Position numbers and translations under genes: made by a program. A stretch of 58,493 bases of DNA, filler included, from Squatina squatina (taxonomy: Eukaryota): assembly GCA_031763465.1 (NCBI GenBank). It is 4 parts of 4 records of this genome, joined end to end, with 100 filler letters (N's around TTAATTAATTAA, not from the genome) between each part and the next. Parts side by side here need not be neighbours in the genome. Positions count along the whole stretch, not along the records: positions 1 to 17,164 come from JARFOE010000046.1; positions 17,265 to 31,055 come from JARFOE010000176.1; 2 more parts are not named here. One strand, 5' to 3'. Below, in pieces: positions 12,024 through 25,501 of this stretch (its first letter is position 1; every line of letters begins with the position of its first letter). The notes below the pieces were generated by a model. It saw only the letters and a list, made by a program, of their open reading frames with translations. It did not search any database and was not told the DNA's origin.

Positions 12024-13184
12024 ANNNNNNNNNNNNNNNNNNNNNNNNNNNNNNNNNNNNNNNNNNNNNNNNNNNNNNNNNNNNNNNNNNNNNNNNNNNN
12101 NNNNNNNNNNNNNNNNNNNNNNNNATCACATCAGGTGTCATGATCTGCACATTTGCATTGGAGAGGCAAGTGCAGGCAACAGCGGCGATGCTGACCTCTG
12201 CAAAATGGTGGTCGCCATGTCCAGTGCTGGAAGCAAGGCGGCCACCATTCTTTTTGAAGAAAACGGGCATTAACGTCAAGTGTTAAGGTGGAGTTTTTCT
12301 CGGCTGAGTTTTTCATAGCACAGACTTTATAAGATAAATGTATGTTTAACATTCAACTCAATCTTTCATTCAATCTGCCATAATTCTTTCTGTCAGCCAC
12401 TTTTTCTTGCACAAACAAAAACAGACAGCTCACTCTAGTCAACAATGATAAATAAGAAACTGTCTGGGCTATGTGCCCCAGGAGACTGCTTTATATTAAA
12501 TTATTCCGTCTGATCAGAGTGTAGTAATTACCTGCTGTATTCCTGCAAGGCATCAAGTGCCATTAGAGCAAGTGGCTGGCATGCCAAATTCCTCATACAA
12601 GGGCAAGCTGTCCAAAGTTGATAAAAATCCAGCTTTCATTTTCCCTACTGTGCATATTTTAAATGTCACTTGAAACTAGCACTTACAGGTTTGATCTTGG
12701 GTGGCTGCTGAACAGGGCAGAGACAGAAGGCATAATTTGTGGTGTTTGTGCCTTGAATTCCTCATTGCATACTTCCTGTGGGTAATTGCATGCAGCTCAA
12801 GTGCTTTTGTTCTTGCAAGAAACTCAGGACTTGGAATCTGCAGTAATACAAAAAGACATTGACATAAAATGTGAGTTCATCACAATATTTCTAATCACAA
12901 TTTTTCACTGACTCAAGAGCAAGATGTTCACACCAAAGACTTTTTATACATAGATAGTACATTTAAAATCTTTTGTAAAACATCTTTGTTATAAAAGAAC
13001 TGTATTAACAGAGTTAATTTAAGAAAACACTGTGCACATTATGTTAAAAACACTTCCCCTACAATAACATTTTGTAATATTTTGATAAGGTTTCATTTTT
13101 TTCAAATTCCCATAGTAAAACTAGAAGACATGAGTTCAAAATAATTGAGTTTATGACTATAGATTAGAAATTATTTTTTCCAAA

Positions 13185-13887
13185 AATACTAATATTGATA
13201 AAGAGGGAGAAAATAGAATATGAGAGTAAACTAGCAAGGAATATAAAACCATATTGTAAGAGCTTCTATAAGTATGTAAAAAGGAAGAGATTAGCAAAAG
13301 TAAACATGGATCCCTTAGAAGCAGACACCGGAGAAATTATAATGGAGAATAAGGAAGTGACAGAGACATTAAACACATATTTTGTATCTGTCTTCACAGT
13401 AGAAGACACAAAAAACATACTGGAATAGTGGGAAACCAAAGGTCTAATGATAGTGAGGAACTTAAAGTAATTAATGCTAGTAAAGAAAAGGTACTGGAGA
13501 AATTAGTAGCGCTAAAAGCCAACAAATCCGATGGACTTGATCACCTACATCTCGGGTTTTAAAAGAGGTGGCTGCAGAGATAGTGAATGTATTGGTGTCG
13601 ATTTTGCAGAATAACCAAGATTCTGGAACGGTCCCCGTGGATTGGAAGGTAGCAAATGTAATCCAAAGAGAGAAAACGGAAGTATAGGCCAGTTAGCCTG
13701 ACATCAGTTGTAGGGCAAATGCCTGAATCTGTTATTAGGGCTGTGGTAACAGCAAACCATAATATGATTAGCATTATGGTTTTATGAAAGGGAATTTGAC
13801 AAATCTATTAGTGTTTTTGAGGGTGTAAGGAGGAAACCAATGGATGTAGTATATTTGGATTTTCAGAAGGCATTCGATAAGTTGTCA
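13185..13887 (+). mobile_element. CR1 LINE ORF2 fragment (tether and start of RT), frameshifted
   Basis: KIEYESKLARNIK..KSFYKYVKRKR, LNTYFVSVFTVED, VPVDWKVANV, YRPVSLTSVVG, YLDFQKAFDK. Confidence 0.9.
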
Positions 13888-16429
13888 NNNNNNNNNNNNN
13901 NNNNNNNNNNNNNNNNNNNNNNNNNNNNNNNNNNNNNNNNNNNNNNNNNNNNNNNNNNNNNNNNNNNNNNNNNNNNNNNNNNNNNNNATATTCTGCTCCA
14001 TGAAAATTGCTTCTAATCAGCGCTTGAGTGCTAATCCTGCAGGTATCTGTTTCAGCACCTCCAGGCAAGTTCAAATTATGGTTTGGTCCACAATTGCATG
14101 CTAAAACCAGACTTTCAAACTTATCAGTGTTTTATTAGCACAGTACCCACTTAGTGCCTGTTTTCACCCTTTCACCAAAATAACCCCCTTATAATTTCAC
14201 CACCGCCTTCTCAAGTACACTTCGGGGTGGGCAATAAATGCTGGTCTTTCCAGTGATGCCCACATCCCAGGAATGAATAAAAAAATAGATTCCAGGGTTG
14301 GGGCTGCATCCATTTCCCTCTGTGCATAACCCCCACCACCGCAACTCATTAACGTGGTTAGCTGGTCATTTTGCATCTGTGTACACTTCATGTTTACAAA
14401 AACCTTACATTCGGTTGTTATGTTTTAGTCACACCTTTTTCCATGATAAAAGTTGTCTGTTCACATTTCAGGTGGAAACTACCTGTGTTAATTTGTCGTT
14501 CTGTAATTAGACCCTCCTGCCAGTGGTGGGGCTGTGGTGCCTCTTGCTCCTCTGCCGAAACCACTGAGAAACTCCTTTATTCCCAACAACCCCTACTTCT
14601 TTCCAAATCACCTTAAGTTTTGCTACTTAAGTATAAATTATCCGTGCCTTATTAAAAAAAAAATTACATTGGCAAANNNNNNNNNNNNNNNNNNNNNNNN
14701 NNNNNNNNNNNNNNNNNNNNNNNNNNNNNNNNNNNNNNNNNNNNNNNNNNNNNNNNNNNNNNNNNNNNNNNNNNNNTATTGCCTTGTCTACACCTGTGCT
14801 TAAGTCTCAACCTGTCAGGGTAAAAGTGCTGTTCTTCAAATCTGTGCAAAACTCACCAATGCAGCAGTTTTGATTGGATAATGCCTTTGGGTAGTTCTGA
14901 TATATTTTGGCATTGAATGGGTAAGAAATATATTTGAACTACATTTTAACCTATGCCAGTTAAATTAACAAAAAAATGGATGACCTAATCCAGAAACATA
15001 TTCTCGTAAACTCAGTTTTGTGAGTTTTCCCAAAGATCTTGTTTTTAAAGAAATGGATAGTCAGATACAGGACAACAGCCATGTTTCTTTTGTAATCTGT
15101 TTGAATGCTTCTGAGGATAAAGCTCAAGGACATCAAGAGGCAATTTTCCATCACCCCTGATGGGTAACTGAGCTTGATGTTTTTTTTCTGACGGCTATCC
15201 TTTTGCTTTTGACAGTGATTAAATTGAGGTGGAATGCACTGGAACACAGTCTTGTGTCTGCTCTGCTTAGAAATGTGTATGAATGCTTTGCAGGTCCTGT
15301 ACTCTGTTCACAATGTAATAAAAGAGAGTTCAGCCAATTTATCCATGAGATGATTATAAAGATTGGAAAACAGTAACAATTTATGAAGTGACCCTATAGC
15401 CTTATGTGTAAAGCCAAGTTTAGTTATAAAATACCAATTGAAAAATAAAATAGATGTTGAAGAAACAAACTGGAGGACACTTTAAACTGGAGGTAGCTTG
15501 AGGTAGTTNNNNNNNNNNNNNNNNNNNNNNNNNNNNNNNNNNNNNNNNNNNNNNNNNNNNNNNNNNNNNNNNNNNNNNNNNNNNNNNNNNNNNNNNNNNN
15601 NNNNNNNNACAGGGTGTGGGAGAAGTCCGAGCGCGGTGGCATTTTACTGGTAAGCTTGTCGGGCTTGGAGGAAACACTCCTGTTCCTCCTGGTCCACAAG
15701 CAGTGCTGTAAAGGCAATTACCTCAAGGATTCAACTCTTCTCGCCTCCTTTCACCTGCCGGGTTTCTCGAGGCCTGGGAAAACGTGCCGACTGTGGTTAA
15801 AAATAGAACCACTGTTAAAAGGAAGGCACGCAGTCTCCAACCCACCTCCTGAGTGTGGATTGGTCGCCTGGCCCTCATCCCACCTCCGTTAAAATTGCAA
15901 GTAGGCGGGTTGGGTTCCTGTGTCAGATATTTAGCTTTTTAGCCTCCCACCTGCACCAAGCCGACCCCCATTTTGGGGGTCAAAATACTCCCAGCTTTTC
16001 AGGTTATTTTTGTACTGGGGTTCAAGCCCAAATAAACCAACTTTTATCACTCTATTTATCTCCAAATAGCAAGCTAACTGTGTCATGAACTTTGAGCAGA
16101 CAAGGACGCAGGAGCTCAAAGAATTCAAGCTTATTCTTCTAAATGTCATTGCCTTTATCAAAATCTCTCCCAACAATTTTAACAAGATTGAAGGCAATTT
16201 AAGTTAAGTCATATGGAACAGTGGAGTTCAGCGGCTATGTGTCTTCATCCAAACAGGTCAATATGATTTGTGCTTGACAGCTTATCATTTCAGTGTTATC
16301 AAGCTGCCCTTATAGGTTGCAGACTTATTACTTCTTTCCCCCAAATGTGACCTGTTTTACTCACTTTGCCAGAAAACTCTTATTTGCTTTAAATGTGCCC
16401 TACTTTTTCATTGCTTTTTGGTATGTGGT

Positions 16430-16690
16430 AAGGCATCATTTATCACCCATCCCGACATATTAATGGTCGACCCTACAGTGTGGAATTGGAGTCAGAAGTA
16501 GGCCAGACTGGGTAGGGGTGGTAGGTTCCCTTCCCTGAATGACATTAATGAACCAGTTGCGTTTTTCCTGGTGTCAGTCCACAATTGACCAGATTCTTGA
16601 AATCAATTTCACATCTTGTCTTGATAGGATTTGAACTCATGACCTCTGGGTTGTTAGTCCTGTACCATAATGGCTAGGCTATTGTACCCA
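16430..16690 (-). mobile_element. tRNA-derived SINE, degenerate
   Basis: Reverse strand has a tRNA-like head with B-box (GAGTTCAAATCC) and a core (CTGGTTCATTAATGTC..AGGGAAGG..CTGGCCTA) shared with the copy at 56660-56870. Confidence 0.6.
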
Positions 16691-17164
16691 CCTATACTGA
16701 TAATGTATAACACTCACAACTGATTCTTGTTTGAGATTATAAAGGACTTTTTATTTTATAATATCTGTAAAAATACTTATCCAGGTTTCTCTTAAGTCAT
16801 TAGGGGGTCCCAATCGTTTTGTGCCACATTGGCAGCGTTAGCTGGCGTTAGTGCCGGTTTCAGGCTTTTGCAAAATAATGAGCCATTGGCCTCTTAGAAA
16901 AAATAATTCCGTGGTTGTGCTAATGGGGCTTAATGGGGGCGTTAATCAGCTCATCTGTGGTTCTAAGAGGGAAAAGCAGTATGAACTGGGCCAATTCCAC
17001 AAGCTTTGAATTTGGTGTTAATCATTTTGCAGACCACTCCAGCCCTTAAAGACAATGTGCAGCTTCACTTTCTGCTGTGTGGTGTCTGGAACCTGGATGA
17101 TGGCTGCTGCAGCTCCAGCACAGAGGACCAGGAATTTCACAGAGTGAGGGTTGGAGACTCTGGT

Positions 17165-17264
17165 NNNNNNNNNNNNNNNNNNNNNNNNNNNNNNNNNNNN
17201 NNNNNNNNTTAATTAATTAANNNNNNNNNNNNNNNNNNNNNNNNNNNNNNNNNNNNNNNNNNNN
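17165..17264. other. Artificial scaffold spacer
   Basis: 44 N + TTAATTAATTAA (17209-17220; stop codons in all six frames) + 44 N. Confidence 0.95.
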
Positions 17265-17379
17265 ATTTAAATTATGTGGAGTATCCTGTTTATTACAGAT
17301 GTTGCACTGCTATAATATGATCAGTCCTACCTGAAAGTCTCTCTGATTAGTTTGTGTCACAGCTCATTCACAGCAGCTG

Positions 17380-18330
17380 TCTGTGACCCTGCTGCACTCT
17401 CCTCTTGTCCAAGTCCCTTTGATTATGTGGGTTCAGTTTCTCACTCTGTCTGCTCCTCAGGAGACCAGGGCTTTCTGAAGAGTTAAATTGTAGTGGACAC
17501 AGTGGGCCACAATAAAGCACAGGCAACATTGTGGATGCGTACTGGAGGGAACCCCCAGAGATATCTAGGCACCTGAATTGTCCCATCAGCATGCCAATGG
17601 CTTGTTCAATTTTAATTAGAATGTGGATGTAAGTCACATTTTAGGGTTTCTCTGCTTCACTGGTGGCCTTTCTCAATGATGTTTGCAGCCAAAATAGTAT
17701 CTCCAAGAAGCAAGGGAGGACCTCGGATATAGTTCAGGGACACTGGACTGTTGCAGGATGAATGAGCCATGGTAGCTTTCTGTATACTGAGCATTGTGCA
17801 GGAAATTGCACACCAGTTGGACATTTAGGCAGTGAAATCCCTTTCAGTCTAGGGGCTCATGCAATCAGCAGCTGTAGGCACTTGTGGAAACTCCATGATC
17901 GGATCAAAATTAATGGCCTGCTCAATCATTTGTCTTGCTACTACATCAAATGTGGTGAACTGGCAAACAGCATTAGTGATTAGCCTTCTGCAAAAATTGG
18001 CACCAGAAGTCACCTGTTACCAGGAAATTAAGTGCTGTGATCACTTTCTGAAGTAGAATTAGAGTTGTCCTGTTTCCTTGGGGAAGTATGTAGACCTTCC
18101 TTTAAAGCTTGTCCAGGCCTTCAGGGCTGAAACCCAGTCTCCTTACGTATAACTCCAGGGAGATGTTCAGCATCTAATGGGCTTATACACTCTGGTAGCT
18201 AGGTATCTGTGGAAGGTCTGGATCTCCTGTGGTACAGCCATACAAACCTGGCCTGCTGGGTTCTCTGCCCTTTTTCCTTTTCTTCCAACACATTGGGAAA
18301 TCCATGTTACAGCCTAACAGTATATTTTAG
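17380..18330 (-). mobile_element. Decayed PIF/Harbinger transposase relic
   Basis: Minus-strand segments KVITALNFLVTGDF (~17995-18047) and IEQAIGMLMGQFRCLDISGGSLQY (~17538-17610), homologous to the transposase at 52226-53637; many disruptions. Confidence 0.75.
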
Positions 18331-18951
18331 GGAGATTTCCCAGACAAAAAACTGTCTCGAGGTAGACTTCCAAATGAAGCTCGGGGCCTCAAAATAATTT
18401 TTGATAAAGGAATGATCCAAAGTAAAGTTTTAAGTCTGTATCTAATGACACAACAAAACACAGCAATTCACTTTTAAGATTCTAGCTTTGGCCTTCCACA
18501 GCTGCTGCTTTAAATTACTCCTGTTTTAGAGTAGCCTAAGTTAGACCCACAGAAATGATGGAATTTGTAGCATAAACCCATTATTTGCATGGCTGCTCAT
18601 ACACGAGGGTAGGCTTATCTCTCCCACCCTCACTGCTGGTGGAATTTAGCACATGCCTTAAATGGAGAGTAAAATTGGCGGAACCAGTCCAAGTCTCAAA
18701 TTCCAACCCCTAGATAGGTCACTCAGGTTTGTAACCTCCCAATTGGAATTCTGGAGTCATTAGATTTTGCTGACTTGTGCCGTGAATACACAGTGGTGGC
18801 CAGTAAAATGCCAATTCATTCCAGTTATGAGGTAGGCCTTCATAAATAATCAAGATAATTTGGCCAGCAGTCTCACACCAAACACTGTCTGCAACACTGG
18901 AGACCAGCAGTAGATTTACGGTGTTTGTTATTTACAGCAGAATTGTAGCCT

Positions 18952-19011
18952 TGTTTTTTATGCTGGTTACCATGTTTTTTATGCTGGTTACCATGTTTTT
19001 TATGCTGGTTA
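18952..19011. repeat. 21-bp tandem repeat, about 3 copies
   Basis: TGTTTTTTATGCTGGTTACCA x2 plus a partial third copy. Confidence 0.9.
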
Positions 19012-19879
19012 TAATTCATTTGTAGTAGTTCCCGGCAGAACCTAATTGCTCATCCCACAAAATTTGAAGGGTAGCTCTTCAATGGCAAAGTTTCCTGTAA
19101 AAACCTGTCAAAACATCCTGGTGTTNNNNNNNNNNNNNNNNNNNNNNNNNNNNNNNNNNNNNNNNNNNNNNNNNNNNNNNNNNNNNNNNNNNNNNNNNNN
19201 NNNNNNNNNNNNNNNNNNNNNNNNNAGCACCTTGGGACGTTTCACCACTTTAAAGGCGCTATATAAAGACAAGTTGTTGTTGTTGTTTTTGTTTAAGAAT
19301 GTACGGGGTGGTTTTGTTTCAATATTTTGATAAAACAGGTGCACCCATCCATACTTTCAAAACGATAATAATTAACTAGATGGGTTCCAGACTCTGCTGT
19401 GAGGTAGACCAGTAGAGCTTCAGTAAAACAGTGATTAATCTTCACGCCAGCCATGGAATAATTAGTGTCCCAAAGACAAGTTTGAAAAGTTCCCAGAAAG
19501 TCCATTGGACTTCTTTGGGACTTTTTTTAATGCATTTTTTAATCTTTATATTATGAGTAGAGAGCTGGTCGTGATGCTGACACTCTCCTAACACAAAAAT
19601 GTAATGATCCAGTGAGTGAAAATCTGTACTCGACTCCACAGTATAACCAGCCTCTTAAAGGGCAATCCCCTTAAAGGGAAAATTTGCAAGCGGTAAAATG
19701 GCTTCTCCTTTAACTTCTCCCAGTTTATAACAGAGGCTCACAATGACATCATCAGCACATCACCAAAAATTATATGGACGAGTAAAGCTTGGTTTTAACA
19801 TGGAATTGTCCCCGTGGTAACCACATCTGCTGTAACTTTCATATTGTTCAGCCTCTTTCAGCGTCAGAACTGTGAGATT

Positions 19880-19992
19880 GCCCAATTGTATTGAGGGATG
19901 TGAAGCCAAGACGGGTAAATGGATATAGATCAGCCATGATCTCATTGAATGATGGAACAGGCTTGAGGGGCTGAACGGCCCACTCCTGTTCC
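19880..19992 (+). mobile_element. CR1 LINE 3' UTR fragment
   Basis: AGATCAGCCATGATCTCATTGAATGATGGAACAGGCTTGAGGGGCTGAA matches the tails at ~1855 and ~57355. Confidence 0.8.
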
Positions 19993-20039
19993 TTTGTATA
20001 TGCCAGAATGGTAAATATCCTCAAGCGGCCCGCCATCTC

Positions 20040-20170
20040 GTCTTGCTGTTCCTTCAGCGGTAGAGCCATGGAAATCCCGGGAAAGTGGCACAACACCACT
20101 TGTGCCATTTTTCCAGTGTTTCCCCGGCTCTTCCACTGTGATTACAGTGGACAAGCGGAAGAAACCCCCT
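20040..20170. mobile_element. Palindromic MITE remnant related to 2369-2507
   Basis: Internal hairpin AGAGCC..GGAAA..GGAAAGTGGCACAA / TTGTGCCATTTTTCC..TTTCC..GGCTCT. Right part TACAGTGGACAAGCGGAAGAAACC resembles the reverse complement of the left arm of the 2369 MITE. Confidence 0.5.
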
Positions 20171-23100
20171 CACCCCCGCACAGTCTCGATCTAAATGAAT
20201 GCCCTTTCCCAATTACTGTACTTATTAGAAGTGCTTGCAGCCAAAGCCCTCAGCCCTACATGCTTGGCTTATTAGTTTCCTGCAGAAAAGGGGATGTCAA
20301 GAAACAAGAATCATGAGTGGATTTAAACTCAAGAGCGGAAGGTAATTGTGCAAATTTCCTGAACTATCATTATTTTTATTTGATAGTCCAAGTACGGATA
20401 CTGTTTGCTTAGAATAAAATCAAGTCTCACAAGACTGTCTCTGTTATCTATCAGCGATACTACTTGTCACCCATTAAGCACGTTACCTTTATAGATTTTA
20501 GCTAACCCTCACCTCTGGCTTCTTCACACCTCTCAGTTTGGCACATACTGAACACATGGGTACAAATCCAGAGACTCATTAAAATTCCAACTGGCGTCTC
20601 ATTGCATACACCCTTTTTTGGCAACCCTACCAGCCCTAGCTCTCAAATTTAAACCTAGGAGACTAAGGGAATTTGGTCAGTGTCTTCGTATCATAGAGCA
20701 GTCTCTGACATCATTTGACTAGCTGTGTCAGGAGTTCGCATTAGAAAGACAAATAAAAAAACATCGTTTTAAGTTTAGTTACTGCATTCTGACCTCAGTC
20801 AAAGCTNNNNNNNNNNNNNNNNNNNNNNNNNNNNNNNNNNNNNNNNNNNNNNNNNNNNNNNNNNNNNNNNNNNNNNNNNNNNNNNNNNNNNNNNNNNNNN
20901 NNNNNNATGCAATATAAGATTTCTGTAGTTAATCTTTAAATTGCTCATTTGGCAGAGAGTTATTGATGTAAGAACATATTTTATAGAAGCTTATTAACAG
21001 AAAACAAAAGGGCAAATTGGATAAACGTGCTCATCACCTATGATTGCTCTGATACAGAAATTTTAATTAAAGCATTGGCACTTTGCAACAGTGGCAATTA
21101 CCTGTAGAGCTGTGACTTTGGATTGCTGTTGCCAAATAAGTCACCTTAGAAGGTTAATGGCTTGTTTCCCCACCACCTCAGCAAGGATTGGAGCCATCTG
21201 GATTTTCACTGTACAGCTACAATGCAAGTGACGAAACCACATATCATATCAGCCAAACATTTAAGTGGACCGGCAGTCAATTTAAATATGGACAGAATTG
21301 CGTTGATTTTGCACAGCTTGACATTGAGAACATTCAGTGTCCATCTATTATAGAAATTCTGTGTAAAGCAGACGAAAGAGATGTGTCTTCCCTTATCGCT
21401 GTTGAATTTTTTTCACAACAAATTATAACGTTTAAATCACAATTATAGCTATAATTTGGAAACTACAAGGCCATTTAGAGCCACATCAATTTTCAGCAGC
21501 TGACATTGAATTCAATGAGAAAAATTGAACAAAAAGTTGCTGCAGTAATGATATTCTGGCCCTAGGCATCTTTAGCATGCTTTATTACAATATAACATTT
21601 ATTCAGTGTGCCAGTGAATTGAATGGCATAGCATCAAACGCTCCAACCATTATTTCTATAATGATAACCTATCCAATTGTGGAGTTGAATCCTTTTTATA
21701 TAATATTTGGTGAAAAAGTGATTGATATTTCTTTTGGTTGGTGAATTAGTNNNNNNNNNNNNNNNNNNNNNNNNNNNNNNNNNNNNNNNNNNNNNNNNNN
21801 NNNNNNNNNNNNNNNNNNNNNNNNNNNNNNNNNNNNNNNNNNNNNNNNNNATAATGAATATTATAAATTGACCCATATGGTGTTTTTACCTTGTAATATT
21901 ATTTCAAGTAATATATAAATGCTGTCAATATTAAGTATATTCCATATTGAATTCATTAAAACTTTCAAATTCATCTGAAAAATACATACATTTTGGCAAT
22001 CTACCGTGAATGATTTCCTGTCGAAGCAGTGAAGTCCTGAGAGTATCACTCAAATCCAGTTTCTCAAGAGGTTGTAAGAGGTCCTTGCATATTATTGTGT
22101 CCTGTAAGTAGGTCGTCAGCCTTAGGAACTGAACAGAGGATTTAATTAGCTGAAATTAGAGATGTTATTAATTTTCCTTCAGGCTATAATCAGCTAATTA
22201 GTTCTGTATTGCTGTTGTTGGCTACTGTAATGAGAAGGTATTTTTAACAGCTGTGAGGGGTACAGACAGTACTGTGCTGGAGATTACATTTTCATCTGAT
22301 GTTTGAGTCCAATATCATAATTCATGAGTGACACAGTGCTAAGTTGTTAAAGTTTATTAACCCGACAAGTTAGATATTTGACGTTTCCTGTTGTGATTAA
22401 CTTCTCAATTGGAATGGGCTTCTTTTACCAAAATATAAACATTTACCACCGTTGTGGTTTTTTCACATTCTGCCTTTCTGAGCACTTTGAGCAAATACGG
22501 GGAGGGCGTGGAGTGCACAAAACAGCATCATTAATTGAAATGATTTCATGCAGAATTTAAAGGGGCCTAGAGAAGCCTAGGTGACGAGCCAAGGCACATA
22601 GTGCAGGACATCACCAAGACTGAAAGGATTAGCTGAGAAGATGAGATAAATCAGGAAGTAATAATGATTTGGAGAGACTGAGCTTGAGTTTTAAAAGTAG
22701 GATCAAGGAAAGCCTGAGNNNNNNNNNNNNNNNNNNNNNNNNNNNNNNNNNNNNNNNNNNNNNNNNNNNNNNNNNNNNNNNNNNNNNNNNNNNNNNNNNN
22801 NNNNNNNNNNNNNNNNNNGAAAGCAACATTCTCCAGGTGACAGGTGTAGGATTACAGCAGGAGCATTTGGATAAAGTGTTTCATAAGTATATTTCACTCA
22901 TCATAGTCGTCACCAGCAAACTTTGTATAACATACATCAGGCTTCTCCAGTACAGGGTTCATACTGCCTAGATATGGATGTGCTTAACACAGAACTACAA
23001 TGAGCTGGGATTTGTTCAGCCAATATCTGCATCTGGATAATATTTTGAAAGAGACAGACTCTTGTATGACTGAAGTGAGTGAGCCCTTTCTGTAAACAGC

Positions 23101-23288
23101 ACCCCAGTAATGAGATTCCCAGTAAAAGGGATGTGAAAGTAAGATTCTAAAAGGAATCCTGATACTGTAACTCCAGCAACAAAGTTGATCTTCATACTGA
23201 GACTGTGTTTATAAAAGGGTCCTTCAAAAGAGAAGGGAGGAAATTGGGAAAAAGTAATTTGCTGCTAAATAATATTATGGGTAGAGCA

Positions 23289-23810
23289 ACTTGTATTTAT
23301 TTACCACCTTCATCATAGCAAAATGTCTCAATGTGCTTCACTGTTGGGGCATCAAATCTGAGCAGAAGTTAGAAGGAATTCGGGGAGGTGTCCAAAAGCA
23401 CAGAGTGATGGATTTTAAGGAGATTTTGGAATCTGGGAAGAGATGTACAAATGTGTAGGGCTTTAGGGAGAGAATATGAGAAGATGGTTGAAGGTTCTGC
23501 CTCTGATGGTACAGCAGAATTGGGGGAATACAGAACAGACCAGAGTTAGAAGAGTAGATGGTGCAAACAAGGACATAGATCCTGAGGTGGTAGAGCAAGG
23601 CTCTGCAGAGATGTGAAGATCAGGATGAGGATTTTGAAGTTGATGAGCTGAGGGACAGGGAACCAATACAGGTTGGCTAAGACTGGGGTGATAGGAAAGT
23701 GAGACTTAGTGAAGTGAGACTTAATGTGGGATAGCAAAAGGATTCTGTATAAGTTTGAGTTTATGTAGAGCTTGGGATGCCAACAAGGAGGGGCACTGGA
23801 CAGGTCGTAG
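23289..23810 (-). mobile_element. L2-type LINE 3' fragment
   Basis: Minus strand reads PITPVLANLYWFPVPQLINFKILILIFTSLQSLA (L2 ORF2 C-terminus) plus an L2 tail. Confidence 0.75.
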
Positions 23811-24007
23811 AGGTTTTTCAATTCTGCAAATCCAGCATAAAACTGTCCACCAGGAAATTGTGCACCCTAGCACAAGTTTTCTGTCTATTGATGGAAAATC
23901 GTAAGCTGGATGTGCAAACTTCTCATTATGTGCTCTGATGGGCAGAGTTCTACAATGGAAGTGGAAGTGGAAGATATTCTATACATTCTGACTAAAGAGG
24001 CCTCTGT

Positions 24008-24386
24008 GCTCGACACGCCAGCGCAGTACTGAGGGAATGCTGCAGTGTCAGAGGTGCCATCTTTCGGATGCGACATTAATCCAAGGCCCCGTCTGCCTTC
24101 TCAGGTGGACATAAAAGATCCCATGGCACTATTCAAAGAAGAGCAGGGGAGTTCTCCCCAGTGTCCTGGGCAATATTTTTCCCTCAATCAACATAACAAA
24201 AACAGATTATCTGGTCATTATCACATTGCTGTTTGTGGGAGTTTGCTGTGCGCAAATTGGATGCCGAGTTTCCCACATTACAACGGTGACTANNNNNNNN
24301 NNCTTCAAAAAGTACTTCATTGGCTGTAACGCGCTTTGGGATGTCTGGTGGCCGTGAAAGGCGCTACATAAATGCAAGTCTTTATT
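24008..24386 (+). mobile_element. Deu-domain SINE (SacSINE1/AmnSINE-related), 5'-truncated, with L2-like tail
   Basis: Core CAGTACTGAGGGA..GGTGCCATCTTTCGGATG..CCCGTCTGCCTTCTCAGGTGGACATAAAAGATCCCATGGCACTATT..GAAGAGCAGGGGAGTTCTCCCC; tail GTGAAAGGCGCTACATAAATGCAAGT. Confidence 0.85.
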
Positions 24387-25353
24387 TTTATGATACAGGG
24401 AGTTAATGCTCAATGTGTAGAGGCACTTTGGAAGCCTGTGCCTCACATTATTTAATCCGTTCAATACTTGGGAGAGACGTCAACATAAAATAGAATTGAA
24501 GTTTCCTCACTAAATATTAAAAGATTGAAACAAATCTGACTTCACCAAATAGTTCTGTAGCAGATTTCAGAAGATAAATTGTGGCATGTTCTCGATAAGA
24601 TGTCAGTTTTTTTCACCACTAAGTGGATGTTGAAATGCAAAGCATGCTTTTTTTTAGATTAACTTGGCAGACTTGTCCTCTCCACCCAGTATACTTCTGA
24701 ATCTGATTGGCTGGAACACAACTCTTACCAGCAGAGAAGAAAACTAATTATAGCTTCCATCAAGAAATAGTTTGGGTGCCTAAGCAACTATGCCTAGTTG
24801 GCTAGCACCGGGAATGATCTGCAAGTAAAGTTGCCGTGCCAGTGGCTTCTAGGAAGGACCCTGAAGAAATGTTTATCATTTCCACGTACGGGTTGTCAGA
24901 CACCTCTCTCGAGTACTCAGGGGCCAGAGCAATTTATCTTGTTCTGAATCTTGAGTGAACTGCATGTTGGATAGCATTTATCATACAAATATTGAAGAGT
25001 CCCCATTACAGCTCTGTGACTGTCATTATTTTGAGTCTAATTTAGATATGTTCATTTATTTTATTGACAGAAACAATCAAGGTCAAACATTAATGTGTAC
25101 ATTTCCCATTTAATGGCAGTGTTTCTTGTTAACATCTTCTTTTGGAAGCTTATATAATGGGATTTCTTGCTAATGATTAGAAACATATATTTATTTTGTG
25201 GTCTGTAATGTGTGGGGGCTTTTGCTGAACTTTTTAGCAGGCTGAATTCCATTCTGGCGTGAAGACTACCCATGTGGCAATACAGACATCCAAGTAATTG
25301 AAATGAGGTCACAAAAGGAACAATGAAACAGGAACAATAAGACCTCATTGAGA

Positions 25354-25501
25354 TCATTTACCTTTCATTCTTGGCTAGAAAAAAAGGTATGGTCATTTTT
25401 ATGTATCACATGCAGGGTGGAGCTGGAGTAACTTAGTCGACACAGTGCTTAGCACAACTCATTTACCTTTCATTCTTGACTAGTGAAAAAGGCATGGCAA
25501 T
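25354..25501. repeat. Direct repeat of ~43 bp, copies 105 bp apart
   Basis: TCATTTACCTTTCATTCTTGGCTAGAAAAAAAGGTATGG (25354) and TCATTTACCTTTCATTCTTGACTAGTGAAAAAGGCATGG (25459). Confidence 0.85.

Noticed and set aside
1-17164. miR-103/107 and PANK exon 1
   Set aside because: miR-103/107 lies in a later PANK intron, off the left edge of this window. I did not see the mature sequence or an MKIKDAKKP-like first exon; the latter may fall in a gap.
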